Shown here one piece after another: positions 38,479 through 47,723 of a stretch of 64,000 bases of DNA; within the stretch, counting starts at the first letter, position 1, and every line of letters begins with the position of its first letter. Source of the DNA: Candidatus Bathyarchaeota archaeon (lineage in GTDB: Archaea > Thermoproteota > Bathyarchaeia > TCS64). Position numbers and translations under genes: made by a program. The notes beneath the pieces were generated by a model. It ran no database searches and was not told the DNA's origin. It was given only the letters and a program-made list of their open reading frames with translations. The stretch lies in the NCBI GenBank assembly GCA_043826455.1, contig JBDRQD010000030.1:32001-96000 (forward strand). Direction: 5' to 3'.

Positions 38479-39762
38479 ATGCAAGCCAACGTTAAAAAAG
38501 AGTGGGTCTGGAGCGTGTGCGAGAACCCTATTAGAGTATTATTAGTAGACAGTGATCATCAGGCGGCCAGGTTCACCAAGGTCAACCTGAGGATCCTGGC
38601 CCCTGACATCGAGGTCACTCTCACCGGCTCGCCGGGGCAAGCGCTTGAAAAGTTGAAGCAGGAAGAGTACCACTGTGTCGTCTCCGAGTACGCGTTACCG
38701 GAGATGCACTTCGTCCAGCTATGCTCAAGAGTCAAGGAGCTCACCGACCTGCCCTTCATCCTCTACACGGGGTGGAGAGACGAGGAACTGGCTGAGCAAG
38801 CCTACACTAGTGGAGTGGACACCGTCATCAGGAAAGAGGAGAGTATAGGCCACTTCAACATTCTCGTAAAGGGGATCCGCGACGCAGTCGAAGCCTACTG
38901 GCAGAGAAGGCTCTACAGGGACATAGTGGAGGGCAGCCGCGACGCCATAATGATCACCGTCGAGTCCACGATAAAGTACGTCAACGACGCTTTCCTCGAC
39001 ATGTTCAGGGCCACACATGATAAGGTTGTAGACTCATCTATCATGGATTTCATGGGGCCCCTGGAGAGGCGCCTCATCGAGGGAGTCGAGGCACAGACGA
39101 TTGTCCCTCGAAGACCCATAATCTATGAAATCGCCTACAGTCCCGTGAAGGGTGTAGAGCATAGATACGAGGCCTCTGCATCCTCCATGACCTACAGAGG
39201 ACAGACAGCTAAGCTGTTCTTCATCAGAGACGTTACGGATAGGCGTGAAAGAGACCATCTGCTGAAGGCGTTGTACAATCACTTGATCCTTCTGGAAGAG
39301 ACAAAAGAAGTATCTGAGGTGGCGGATATAACCTTGGACATCATGGAGCAGGTCCTGGGTTTCCAGTTCGCCTGCTTCCAGTTAGAGCGAGGTGGTGTCC
39401 TTCACGCTATTGGAACCAGAGGCGCACCTCTCATAAGTAAAGGTTTGCCGTTGACAGGCAATGGGGTGACCGTCCGAGCCGCGGTCACGGGTAGAACCCA
39501 GTATGTCCCGGATATCCGCGTGGATCCAGACTTCATCAAGGGTTCCACAGATTCCCTTTCGGAGCTAGCCGTCCCTGTGATAATCGGCGATAGGGCAGTT
39601 GCGGTCTTAAATGTGGAGCGCCTGGAGGCCGATGCCTTCACGGCCTTCGACCAGCAACTCTTAGAGACATTAGCTCTACAAGTTGCCTCAGCCCTCAAAG
39701 GAGGCCCTCAATTGACGCGTATGGAACACGAAAAAGTCGCGAAGTCTCTAAACCCTCATTGA
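38479..39762 (+). CDS. REC-PAS-GAF signalling protein
   Basis: IRVLLVD, PFILYTG, YVNDAF, RDVTDR, SELAVPV..VLNVE. Confidence 0.85.
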   Translation: MQANVKKEWVWSVCENPIRVLLVDSDHQAARFTKVNLRILAPDIEVTLTGSPGQALEKLKQEEYHCVVSEYALPEMHFVQLCSRVKELTDLPFILYTGWRDEELAEQAYTSGVDTVIRKEESIGHFNILVKGIRDAVEAYWQRRLYRDIVEGSRDAIMITVESTIKYVNDAFLDMFRATHDKVVDSSIMDFMGPLERRLIEGVEAQTIVPRRPIIYEIAYSPVKGVEHRYEASASSMTYRGQTAKLFFIRDVTDRRERDHLLKALYNHLILLEETKEVSEVADITLDIMEQVLGFQFACFQLERGGVLHAIGTRGAPLISKGLPLTGNGVTVRAAVTGRTQYVPDIRVDPDFIKGSTDSLSELAVPVIIGDRAVAVLNVERLEADAFTAFDQQLLETLALQVASALKGGPQLTRMEHEKVAKSLNPH

Positions 39763-39901
39763 GTAAAGTACGATTCATGGAACACCGAAAAGGATTCTAT
39801 GAGTAGACTTCCCTCTTTTCAGCCATAATTTGCGCGCTCGTGATCCTGGTTGTCCCTGCTAACGATGATCCATGAATCCGGCTCAACCGTTAAGACCATG
39901 G

Positions 39902-39915
39902 TATTGGTACCAATA
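39902..39915. repeat. Palindrome TATTGGTACCAATA, copy 5
   Basis: Exact match; shares the 20-mer GTATTGGTACCAATACACGT with copy 6. Confidence 0.97.
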
Positions 39916-39947
39916 CACGTATATTTTGGGTTAACCTACACTAAGCT

Positions 39948-40178
39948 ATGGTTCGCAGGCACAGGATCAGCGAGGAGGAGGTTAGGCCTGTGATGAGGGC
40001 TGTGCATCGGTGCCTCGCCGAGATGGTTGGGGCTGAGCTGCTCTCCGAGGACGCGTACCACCTGTACACGTTACTGTGGAGGTTTAAGGAGCACAGGTCG
40101 GGGCCGCCCCACTACCCCGACGCGACCCGCGAGGCCATATTAAGTCTCCTTGATGAAACCTCTGCGATGCTCTGGTGA
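39948..40178 (+). CDS. Hypothetical protein
   Basis: ORF with gene-like codon usage. Confidence 0.5.
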   Translation: MVRRHRISEEEVRPVMRAVHRCLAEMVGAELLSEDAYHLYTLLWRFKEHRSGPPHYPDATREAILSLLDETSAMLW

Positions 40179-40271
40179 GGGCGCGCAGGAGTAGCCACTG
40201 ACTATTCCATACGTGTGTGTATCTACTACCTGCATAGTTTGAAAGGAAGCAGGTGATTAGGACTTTCACTC

Positions 40272-40976
40272 ATGTGCCGCCAATCTGTGCGTAGGTTTCT
40301 TTCCACAGGGCTCCAAGTATTTGCCATGAATTATGTTGTCGTTCTCGGTGAGGCGCTTCTCGCCGCCGAGCCCGAGGAGAAGGTCAGGATAGCCCATGCA
40401 ATCTATGAGCTGGAGGACGCCCGGGCTGAGGCGTACCTCCTCGACGCGCTGGGCGAGTCTGACAATCAGGCGCGGGCAGCTGTAGCCTACGCCCTCAGCG
40501 TCTCCGCCACCCACAGATCAGAGGAGAGGCTAATCCAGCTCCTTGACGACTCCTACTTTGCTGTGAGGGTCTGGGCAGCCTGCGGATTGGCCCACCTTAG
40601 GAGTCGTGCCGCGGTGCCGAGGCTGATTGAGGCGCTCCACGATGAAGAGGAGGGTGTCGTGGCCGCCGCTGTGTCCGCCTTGGGGGAAATAGTGGACCGG
40701 AGGGCCGTGGAGCCCTTGGTGGGGCTTCTCACTGGCAGGAGGTACATCTCTGGAGTTTTACTGTCGCTGGGCTCCATAGGAGACCCCGGTGTAGTCGAGA
40801 TCATCGCGGGCTACCTGGACGACTCCGACCAGGATATACGAGAATCAGCGTTGATAGCCCTCAGACGCTTCCCCGGCTCTGTTCCCCGCGCAGAACTGCA
40901 GAGGCTCCTGGAGTGGGAGAGGGATGCAGTGAATAGAGGCTTGGCCAGTTACCTGTTAGGACTTGAACCTAACTGA
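40272..40976 (+). CDS. HEAT-repeat (PBS-lyase-like) protein
   Basis: Repeated AVPRLIEAL.D....V...A..ALG units. Confidence 0.8.
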   Translation: MCRQSVRRFLSTGLQVFAMNYVVVLGEALLAAEPEEKVRIAHAIYELEDARAEAYLLDALGESDNQARAAVAYALSVSATHRSEERLIQLLDDSYFAVRVWAACGLAHLRSRAAVPRLIEALHDEEEGVVAAAVSALGEIVDRRAVEPLVGLLTGRRYISGVLLSLGSIGDPGVVEIIAGYLDDSDQDIRESALIALRRFPGSVPRAELQRLLEWERDAVNRGLASYLLGLEPN

Positions 40977-41063
40977 TGGATCACATTGCTAACGCAACAC
41001 AGCATTCACAGCCACTACATAATTTTAATATTAACTTAATTATATCAATAGCGGGGCGTCTGG

Positions 41064-41432
41064 ATGAGCTATGAACTTGACACCGGTAAGGAGGGCCTCC
41101 TAATGTTCTTCAAGCCCTGGGAGTTCAGGATCATGTCATACCTTTGGGGCATCAAGCCCTCGGGCGCTAACAGCAGAGCCGTCTGGATCCATAATCATCA
41201 AACCATGGCTGAGCCCATCAGCAGGACCTCGGTGATCAAATTCCTGAAGCTCATGGCTGAAAAAGGGGTTCTCACGGTAGAGGAAAAGTCTGGTAAAGGA
41301 GGCTACCAAGGGATATATTATCAGAAGTACACTGAGCCGGAGTTTAGGCAGTACATTGCTAAACACTTCATAACTAAGCTGTTGAAGGAGTTTCCTGAGA
41401 AGACGCGAAAAGTCATAGAGAGTTATACATGA
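41064..41432 (+). CDS. BlaI/CopY-like winged-helix protein
   Basis: WEFRIMSYLW...ISRTSVIKFLKLMAEKGVL...GKGG. Confidence 0.65.
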   Translation: MSYELDTGKEGLLMFFKPWEFRIMSYLWGIKPSGANSRAVWIHNHQTMAEPISRTSVIKFLKLMAEKGVLTVEEKSGKGGYQGIYYQKYTEPEFRQYIAKHFITKLLKEFPEKTRKVIESYT

Positions 41433-41495
41433 TAACGTGAGCACAATTAGGAATCATTTTAAATAACTCTTTTTGTATATTTTAATTGATATAAT

Positions 41496-41738
41496 ATGAG
41501 TGAAGTCAATTATGATCTTACTCCTGTTGAGAAAAAACCAGGCAGAAGGTATCGTAAAGGAAGCAAGTATGACCCTATACTTGATAAATTCCTCGAAGGT
41601 AAGCATAAACTAGTCACAGTTGATGTGGCTGGAAAGGAAGCTAACTACATTAGCATGCAGCTGAAGAAAAGGATCGATGCTCGCGGACTCAAGGTCAGAG
41701 TATCAGTGGCAAATAACAAAGCCTACCTAGAAAAATAA
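41496..41738 (+). CDS. Small basic hypothetical protein
   Basis: AT-rich promoter-like DNA upstream; RYRKGSKYDPILD. Confidence 0.6.
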   Translation: MSEVNYDLTPVEKKPGRRYRKGSKYDPILDKFLEGKHKLVTVDVAGKEANYISMQLKKRIDARGLKVRVSVANNKAYLEK

Positions 41739-41739
41739 C

Positions 41740-42714
41740 TTGCGTACAATTCTAATAATATCAAGGCGCAGGAGTAAGGTGATGACTGAGATACTTGTGA
41801 CCGGCGGAGCAGGCTTCATAGGCACTAATCTGGTCAACGAGCTGAGGCGCCGCGGCCACCGGGTTCACGCCGCAGACCTCATCAACACAGACCGAGAAGG
41901 CTACACCCGGGTCGATGTCCGCAGCTACAGACAACTCGAAAAGCTGCTCGACGCCCACAAGTTCGATGTCGTATACCACCTGGCGGCGGAGTACGGCCGC
42001 TGGAACGGTGAGGACTACTACGAGAACCTCTGGCAGACAAACTGCGTAGGCACCAAGCACATTATACGGTTACAGGAAAAACTTGGCTTCAGGATGATCT
42101 TCTTCAGCAGCGCCGAGGTATACGGCGACTACACGGGCACCATGACCGAGGACGTCATGATCAACAACCCCGTCAAAGACACCCTCCAGATGAACGACTA
42201 CGCCATCACCAAGTGGGCCGGCGAACTCATGTGCATCAACGCAGCCAAGATGACCGGCGCAGAGATAGTCCGCACCCGGCCAGTGAACTGCTACGGCCCC
42301 CACGAGCACTACACGCCCTACCGCGGCTTCATACCCAAGTTCATCTACCACGCACTACACAGGAAACCCTACACCGTCTACACAGGCCACAAACGCATCA
42401 TCGACTACGTCGAAGACTCGTGCCGCACATGGGCCAACATAGTAGACAACTTCAAGCCGGGCGAAGTCTACAATGTGGGCGGCTGCCCCGAGTGGATGCA
42501 CACCATCAAGGAGTACAGCGACATGGTCCTCGAGGCCGTGGGCCTCGACGACCGCCTGGTCACCTACAAGCCCACGGAGCCCCACACAACCCAGATCAAG
42601 ACCATCGACTGCACCAAGGCTGTACGCGACCTCAAGCACGACCCCAAGGTGCCCCCCGAGGAGGGCATCAGGCGAACAGTTGAATGGATGAAGTGGTACT
42701 ATAGGATGGATTAG
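41740..42714 (+). CDS. NAD-dependent sugar epimerase/dehydratase (start probably ~41782)
   Basis: VTGGAGFIG, HLAA, SSAEVYG, YAITK. Confidence 0.92.
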   Translation: MRTILIISRRRSKVMTEILVTGGAGFIGTNLVNELRRRGHRVHAADLINTDREGYTRVDVRSYRQLEKLLDAHKFDVVYHLAAEYGRWNGEDYYENLWQTNCVGTKHIIRLQEKLGFRMIFFSSAEVYGDYTGTMTEDVMINNPVKDTLQMNDYAITKWAGELMCINAAKMTGAEIVRTRPVNCYGPHEHYTPYRGFIPKFIYHALHRKPYTVYTGHKRIIDYVEDSCRTWANIVDNFKPGEVYNVGGCPEWMHTIKEYSDMVLEAVGLDDRLVTYKPTEPHTTQIKTIDCTKAVRDLKHDPKVPPEEGIRRTVEWMKWYYRMD

Positions 42715-42715
42715 G

Positions 42716-43711
42716 ATGAGCGTATACGACTGCGTGAAAGATAAGACGGTTCTGGTCACCGGCGGAGCCGGAGCCATCGGAGGCAACCTGGTCAGGAAGC
42801 TGGTCGAGCTCCAAGCCAAGGAGGTAGTGATCCTCGACAACCTCAGCAGCAGCTACGCCTGGAACATCCCCCCAGCCCCCGGCGTCAGGTTCATCCAGGG
42901 CGACATCCTGGACGACGAGAAACTCAAGTGGGCCTTCAAGCACAAGCCCGAAATCGTCTACCACCTTGCCGCCCACTTCGCAAACCAGAACAGCGTCGAC
43001 AACCCTGAGACAGACCTCATGGTGAACGGCATGGGCATCCTTAAAGTGCTTCAATACAGCCAACTCACCGGCGTAGACCGCTTCATCTACGCGTCCAGCG
43101 GCTGCGGCATATACGGAGAGGACAGCCCCATGCCCTTCAAAGAGGAGTCCGTCTCCATGAAGCTCTACACCCCCTACCAGGTCACCAAGATGCTGGGCGA
43201 ACTCTACACCAACTACTACCACAACCTCTACGACATGCCCACCGTCAACGCCCGGTTCTTCAACAGCTACGGCCCCGGCGAGGTCCCCGGCAGGTACAGG
43301 AACGTCATCCCCAACTTCATATACTGGGCCATCAACGGCCAGCCCCTACCAATAACAGGCACCGGCGACGAGACCAGGGACTTCACCTATGTAGGCGACA
43401 TCGTCGACGCCCTGATCCGCATGGCGTACTTCGATGAAGCAATAGGGGAAGCCTTCAACATAGGAACCTCCAGAGAGATAATGATCAAGGACCTAGCACA
43501 GTGGATCAATGAATTAACTGAAAACTCGGCCGGAATCGTTTACAAGCCTCGCCGCAACTGGGATAAGAAAAACCGGCTTCTAAGTAGCATAGAGAAAGCC
43601 CGAAGAGTCCTCAGATACGATCCAAAGACCGACTTCAAGGAGGGCCTCGGCCACACCTACAACTGGTTCACAGAGAACCTGGACAACATCAAACACTCAG
43701 CAGAGTTCTAA
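42716..43711 (+). CDS. NAD-dependent sugar epimerase/dehydratase
   Basis: VTGGAGAIG, YQVTK, RFFNSYGP, TRDFTYV. Confidence 0.92.
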   Translation: MSVYDCVKDKTVLVTGGAGAIGGNLVRKLVELQAKEVVILDNLSSSYAWNIPPAPGVRFIQGDILDDEKLKWAFKHKPEIVYHLAAHFANQNSVDNPETDLMVNGMGILKVLQYSQLTGVDRFIYASSGCGIYGEDSPMPFKEESVSMKLYTPYQVTKMLGELYTNYYHNLYDMPTVNARFFNSYGPGEVPGRYRNVIPNFIYWAINGQPLPITGTGDETRDFTYVGDIVDALIRMAYFDEAIGEAFNIGTSREIMIKDLAQWINELTENSAGIVYKPRRNWDKKNRLLSSIEKARRVLRYDPKTDFKEGLGHTYNWFTENLDNIKHSAEF

Positions 43712-43782
43712 GCCGCCTGAAGACCTTAACCCTTACCCGACATCAGAAATCAACAACATGCCCCCCTAACAGATATAAACCC

Positions 43783-44031
43783 GTGTACAGAACCGTTTAC
43801 ATGGCCACCATGACACAGGTCCAAGTCAAAATACCGGAGAACCTCGTCAAAAAGATTGACGAATGGATCATAGACGGCAGGTTCACCAGCAGAAGCGAGG
43901 CCATCAGAACCATCCTCACCCTCTACGAGGAACGGGAACGCACCCGAGAGTTCTACACGATGCTCCACGGCAGAGCCTCCGAGGCCCAGGAGCACCCCGA
44001 GCTGCTCATACCCTTAGAGGAAGCCCCTTGA
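43783..44031 (+). CDS. RHH antitoxin
   Basis: VKIPENLVKKID...FTSRSEAIR. Confidence 0.8.
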   Translation: MYRTVYMATMTQVQVKIPENLVKKIDEWIIDGRFTSRSEAIRTILTLYEERERTREFYTMLHGRASEAQEHPELLIPLEEAP

Positions 44032-44291
44032 GGATCCTCCTCCACCCCAAGGCTGCCGAGTACCTCATGAAAAGTAGCGACGATCCTCGGTCAAGAATAA
44101 AGCAGCGCCTACACGAGTTGGACGACCAGCCCGAGAAGAAGGGAAAACGACTGAAACACTCGCCCTATTATAGCCTTCGGATAGGAGACTACAGAGCCAT
44201 CTACATGGTAGACCCGGTTAAAGCCCAAGTCGTCATCCTGTACATCGGCCACAGAAAGGACGTCTACGACGCCTTCGATAAAATATTCTAA
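44028..44291 (+). CDS. relE: RelE/ParE-family toxin
   Basis: TTG start overlapping the antitoxin stop; GKRLK..YSLRIGDYRAIY...IGHRKDVY. Confidence 0.87.
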   Translation: MRILLHPKAAEYLMKSSDDPRSRIKQRLHELDDQPEKKGKRLKHSPYYSLRIGDYRAIYMVDPVKAQVVILYIGHRKDVYDAFDKIF

Positions 44292-44328
44292 CTAAACAAA
44301 CACGGCATATAGTAGCCGTACAATAATA

Positions 44329-44547
44329 ATGAAAGCCAAGAAAATAGGTCTCACTGCTCCAATCCCGTCGCTTCTCCAGGGGCTTCTCCATGGCGTACCC
44401 AGCTCTCGCCGGGCTGCCGTAAACCAAAGTATCGATGGGCACATCTGGCCAGAGACCTATACGGTTACCGTGTTCTGCAGGATTGATGTCGTAGATTACC
44501 ATGCAGTAATGAACGACGAGCACAGCGACTACAAGTGGGTAAACTAA
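44329..44547 (+). pseudogene. Possible NUDIX hydrolase C-terminal remnant
   Basis: Ends ...MNDEHSDYKWV, resembling a NUDIX C-terminus; no Nudix box. Confidence 0.35.
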
Positions 44548-44631
44548 GCACCAGAAGACGCTCGCCCTCCTACTGCAAATGATCTAGGAATCAAAGATCT
44601 TCCTACAATAATGACAACCATGCATCAACCG

Positions 44632-45046
44632 CTAAGAAAGGGTAGAGAGGTGTCCTAAGCAAAAAATCCGTAAAATATGGGTCTTAATTTATCCATTCAG
44701 CGGAGACGAAGCCGCCCCAAGGAATAGTAATAGATTACATGAAAAGCACTCACAATGGTTGAAGAACCCTTGCTTGCAACTCCCATTATTAGCACCAATC
44801 CCTTCACTATCCTGCCACATACAGAAAAGCACCGAAAAGCATCAACCCTGAAAAAGATGAATTTTTTTCCGCCTTATCCCGGCGGGGGCGGGATAAGAGG
44901 CACGGACACACTGGGTAATGAGTCCACTGTGAAAAAACGTAGGGGGGTACTATATTATGACGAATTTTTCTACCATAAAACGGGTCACTCGCCACCCGCG
45001 AGGCCAAAAAAACCCGGGGAACACACGTGAAAAAGGTAGGGGGGTA
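44632..45046 (+). repeat. Dispersed non-coding element, copy R3 (expanded, core motif duplicated)
   Basis: Blocks at 44701-44722, 44801-44827, 44929-44991 and 45027-45046 match R1/R2 in order. Confidence 0.7.
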
Positions 45047-45298
45047 CCAATTTTAGGAAGAGAAAACCTCCTAAAATAGGGGTCAGAGCCCCATACATGA
45101 GGCAAAAGAAGCCCATGACCACGACACTCACACCAAAGAAGATAACTAAAATCCTCTGAATTAGGTTGCCTCGTTCCTATGTTGTTCAAGGAGGGCATCG
45201 GTCACACCTATAACTGGTTTATGTGAACTGGGAAAACATCAAACAGTCAGCCGAGTTCTAACTCAACAATAAAATAACTGTACATCAATCTTAGACTG

Positions 45299-46378
45299 AT
45301 GGCTCTCGGCATCATCCTCGGCACCCGCCCCGAGATAATAAAGATGGGCCCCATAATACGCCTATGCGAGAAGAGGTCCGTCCCCTACTACCTGCTCCAC
45401 ACTGGCCAGCACTACAGCTACGAGATGGATCAGGCCTTCTTCAGGGACCTGGAGCTACCCGAGCCCAGGATCAACCTGAACGTGGGCTCAGGCACCCACG
45501 CGGAGCAGACGGCCAGCATCATGGTCGGCGTAGAGAAGACCCTGCAGAAGGAGGACACAGGCGTAGCCCTCGTCCAGGGGGACACCAACACCGTCCTGGC
45601 CGGCGCCTTGGCCGCCGCCAAGCTCCAGGTTCCAGTGGGCCATGTGGAGGCCGGGCTGCACAGCTACGACAGGGGGATGCCGGAGGAGATCAACCGGGTG
45701 GTAGCCGACCACCTGTCCGACTTCCTCTTCGCGCCCACAGAGGAATCCAAGAGAAACCTCCTCAAGGAGGGCATACCCGATGAAAGGATCCATGTCACAG
45801 GCAACACAGTGGTGGACGCCGTCCACCAGAACCTGGAGCTGGCCAAGGAGAAGTCAACGATCCTGAAGAAGCTGTCCCTGGAGCCCGGCCAGTACATGGT
45901 GGTCACAGCCCACCGCGCCGAGAACGTCGACCGCAGAGACCGGCTCACAGGGATAATAGAGGGCCTTGGCCTAGTCGCGGAGCACCTGGACCAGCCCATC
46001 ATCTACCCCGTCCACCCCCGGACACAGAAGATGATCAAGGAGTTCAGGCTGACGACCCGGAACCTCAAGATCGTTCAGCCCCTAGGCTACCTGGACTTCC
46101 TGGCCCTGGAGGCATCATCTAGCCTGGTCCTCACCGACTCCGGCGGCGTCCAGGAGGAGGCCTGCATACTGGGCGTCCCCTGCGTCACGCTGCGGGAGAA
46201 CACGGAGCGCCCCGAGACCCTTCAGGTGGGCTCGAATGTCTTGGTCGGGGCAGAGCCGGAGAGGATACTCCAAGGAGCCTTGGAGATGAGCCGGAGGAAG
46301 AGGGGTTGGCCTAATCCCTTCGGGGACGGAAACGCGGCGGAGAAGATTATTAAAATTATCGAGGAATCCCGAAATTAA
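45299..46378 (+). CDS. wecB: UDP-N-acetylglucosamine 2-epimerase (non-hydrolysing)
   Basis: GTRPEIIK, TGQH, QGDTNT, HVEAGL, HRAEN, TDSGGVQEE, TERPE. Confidence 0.93.
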   Translation: MALGIILGTRPEIIKMGPIIRLCEKRSVPYYLLHTGQHYSYEMDQAFFRDLELPEPRINLNVGSGTHAEQTASIMVGVEKTLQKEDTGVALVQGDTNTVLAGALAAAKLQVPVGHVEAGLHSYDRGMPEEINRVVADHLSDFLFAPTEESKRNLLKEGIPDERIHVTGNTVVDAVHQNLELAKEKSTILKKLSLEPGQYMVVTAHRAENVDRRDRLTGIIEGLGLVAEHLDQPIIYPVHPRTQKMIKEFRLTTRNLKIVQPLGYLDFLALEASSSLVLTDSGGVQEEACILGVPCVTLRENTERPETLQVGSNVLVGAEPERILQGALEMSRRKRGWPNPFGDGNAAEKIIKIIEESRN

Positions 46379-46402
46379 CGTGTATTGGTACCAATACACG
46401 TT
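46377..46402. repeat. Palindrome copy 6, extended to a perfect 26-bp dyad
   Basis: AACGTGTATTGGTACCAATACACGTT, overlapping the wecB stop codon; core at 46383-46396. Confidence 0.97.
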
Positions 46403-46545
46403 TATCGACACTGGGTATGCCTGAGTCTCTAAGGTACGTACGTGTCATTGTCTGCGCTCTGCCTGGCTCCTAGCGACTGGTCTTGGATCAGGATGCAAAG
46501 TTCTTAACAGCCAAAAATAATGCTACAGGTGCGCGGTGATCCTGG

Positions 46546-47721
46546 TTGGCTTCTGCCCTCAAGAACATAAGGATAGTTGACCTCACTCAGCACCTCTCTG
46601 GCCCGTTCTGCACGATGCTTCTGGCAGACATGGGCGCCGAGGTCTTCAAAGTGGAGCCCATCTGGGGCGACGCCTCTCGCACATCCGCCCAGTACCCCAC
46701 GGTGGAGGGGCATAACGCTTACTTCATGCACGTCAACCGGAACAAGAGGAGCATCGTGCTGGACCTAAAAACTGGGAAGGGCGTGGAGGCCCTGAAGAGG
46801 CTCGTCGAGGTCTCAGACATCGTCGTCGAGAACTTCAGGCCGGGCGTCATGGACAGGCTCGGCATAGGATACGAGGCGCTGAGAGAGATTAACCCAGGGA
46901 TCGTCTACGCATCCATCTCAGGCTTCGGGCAGAGTGGCCCCTACGTCAAGCGACCATCCTTCGACATCATCGCCCAGGCCATGAGCGGATGGATGTGGCT
47001 CAACAGCCGGGAGACCCGAGGCCTAAACAGCCAAGCCCCCATGGAGCCGTCGTGCCTAGCAGGAAGCCCGGGGGACACCATACCGGGCGTCTTCTGCGCC
47101 CTCAGCATCCTGGCGGCGCTGCTCCATAGACAGGCCACGGGCCGGGGGCAGAGGATCGACGTTGCCCAGACAGACTCCCTGATGGCTGTTTCGGGGCTGA
47201 GCCTAATCCGATACCTCTACTCAGGCGGCGCCGCCGATGAGCGGGCCGGTCGACCCTCCACCCAGATCCATGGAGTCTATGAGGCTAGAGACGGGTACGT
47301 GGCTGTCCGCGTCATCGGAGACGATGCGATAAAGTCCGTGGCTGATGTGACCGGCGTAGATGTTGATGAAGTCAATCCTTCCTCCGGCGCCCTGCGAGAC
47401 TGGTTCAAGCAGAGGAGCAGAGACCAGATAGTTGATCTCCTCGCCGAGAAGGTCCCGTGCGCGCCGGTGGTCACAGACGAGGAGCTGGTGCAGGACCCAA
47501 ACGTCAAGGAGCGGGGGATGATCATCGAACGACGGCACCTTCAGGGCTTCACCTACCGAACCATCGCGACAGGCGTAAAGTTCTCTGAGACACCCACCCG
47601 AATCGAGCTCCTCCCCCCTGAGCTGGGGGCTGACACCGTCGACGTTCTCCGGCTGATCGGGTACGACGACGATGAGATCAGGGTCTTAATGGATGAGGGC
47701 GCGGCGCGTGGACTCGCCTGA
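46546..47721 (+). CDS. Family III CoA-transferase (CaiB/BaiF)
   Basis: GPFCTMLLADMGAEV, NRNKRS, ENFRPG, SGFGQSGP, Asp in PGDT. Confidence 0.93.
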   Translation: MASALKNIRIVDLTQHLSGPFCTMLLADMGAEVFKVEPIWGDASRTSAQYPTVEGHNAYFMHVNRNKRSIVLDLKTGKGVEALKRLVEVSDIVVENFRPGVMDRLGIGYEALREINPGIVYASISGFGQSGPYVKRPSFDIIAQAMSGWMWLNSRETRGLNSQAPMEPSCLAGSPGDTIPGVFCALSILAALLHRQATGRGQRIDVAQTDSLMAVSGLSLIRYLYSGGAADERAGRPSTQIHGVYEARDGYVAVRVIGDDAIKSVADVTGVDVDEVNPSSGALRDWFKQRSRDQIVDLLAEKVPCAPVVTDEELVQDPNVKERGMIIERRHLQGFTYRTIATGVKFSETPTRIELLPPELGADTVDVLRLIGYDDDEIRVLMDEGAARGLA

Positions 47722-47723
47722 GA

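Noticed and set aside
44924..45046. Replication origin (ORB-like G-strings)
   Set aside because: Only loose similarity to the ORB consensus, no orc1/cdc6 nearby, and the same motif occurs in the other dispersed repeat copies.
22957..46402. Palindromes as CRISPR repeats, integron attC sites or Xer dif sites
   Set aside because: Spacing is kilobases and irregular, with no cas genes. They are too short for attC, lack consistent RYYYAAC/GTTRRRY ends, and no intI is present. The arms read TATT-N6-AATA rather than the Xer ATAA-N6-TTAT.
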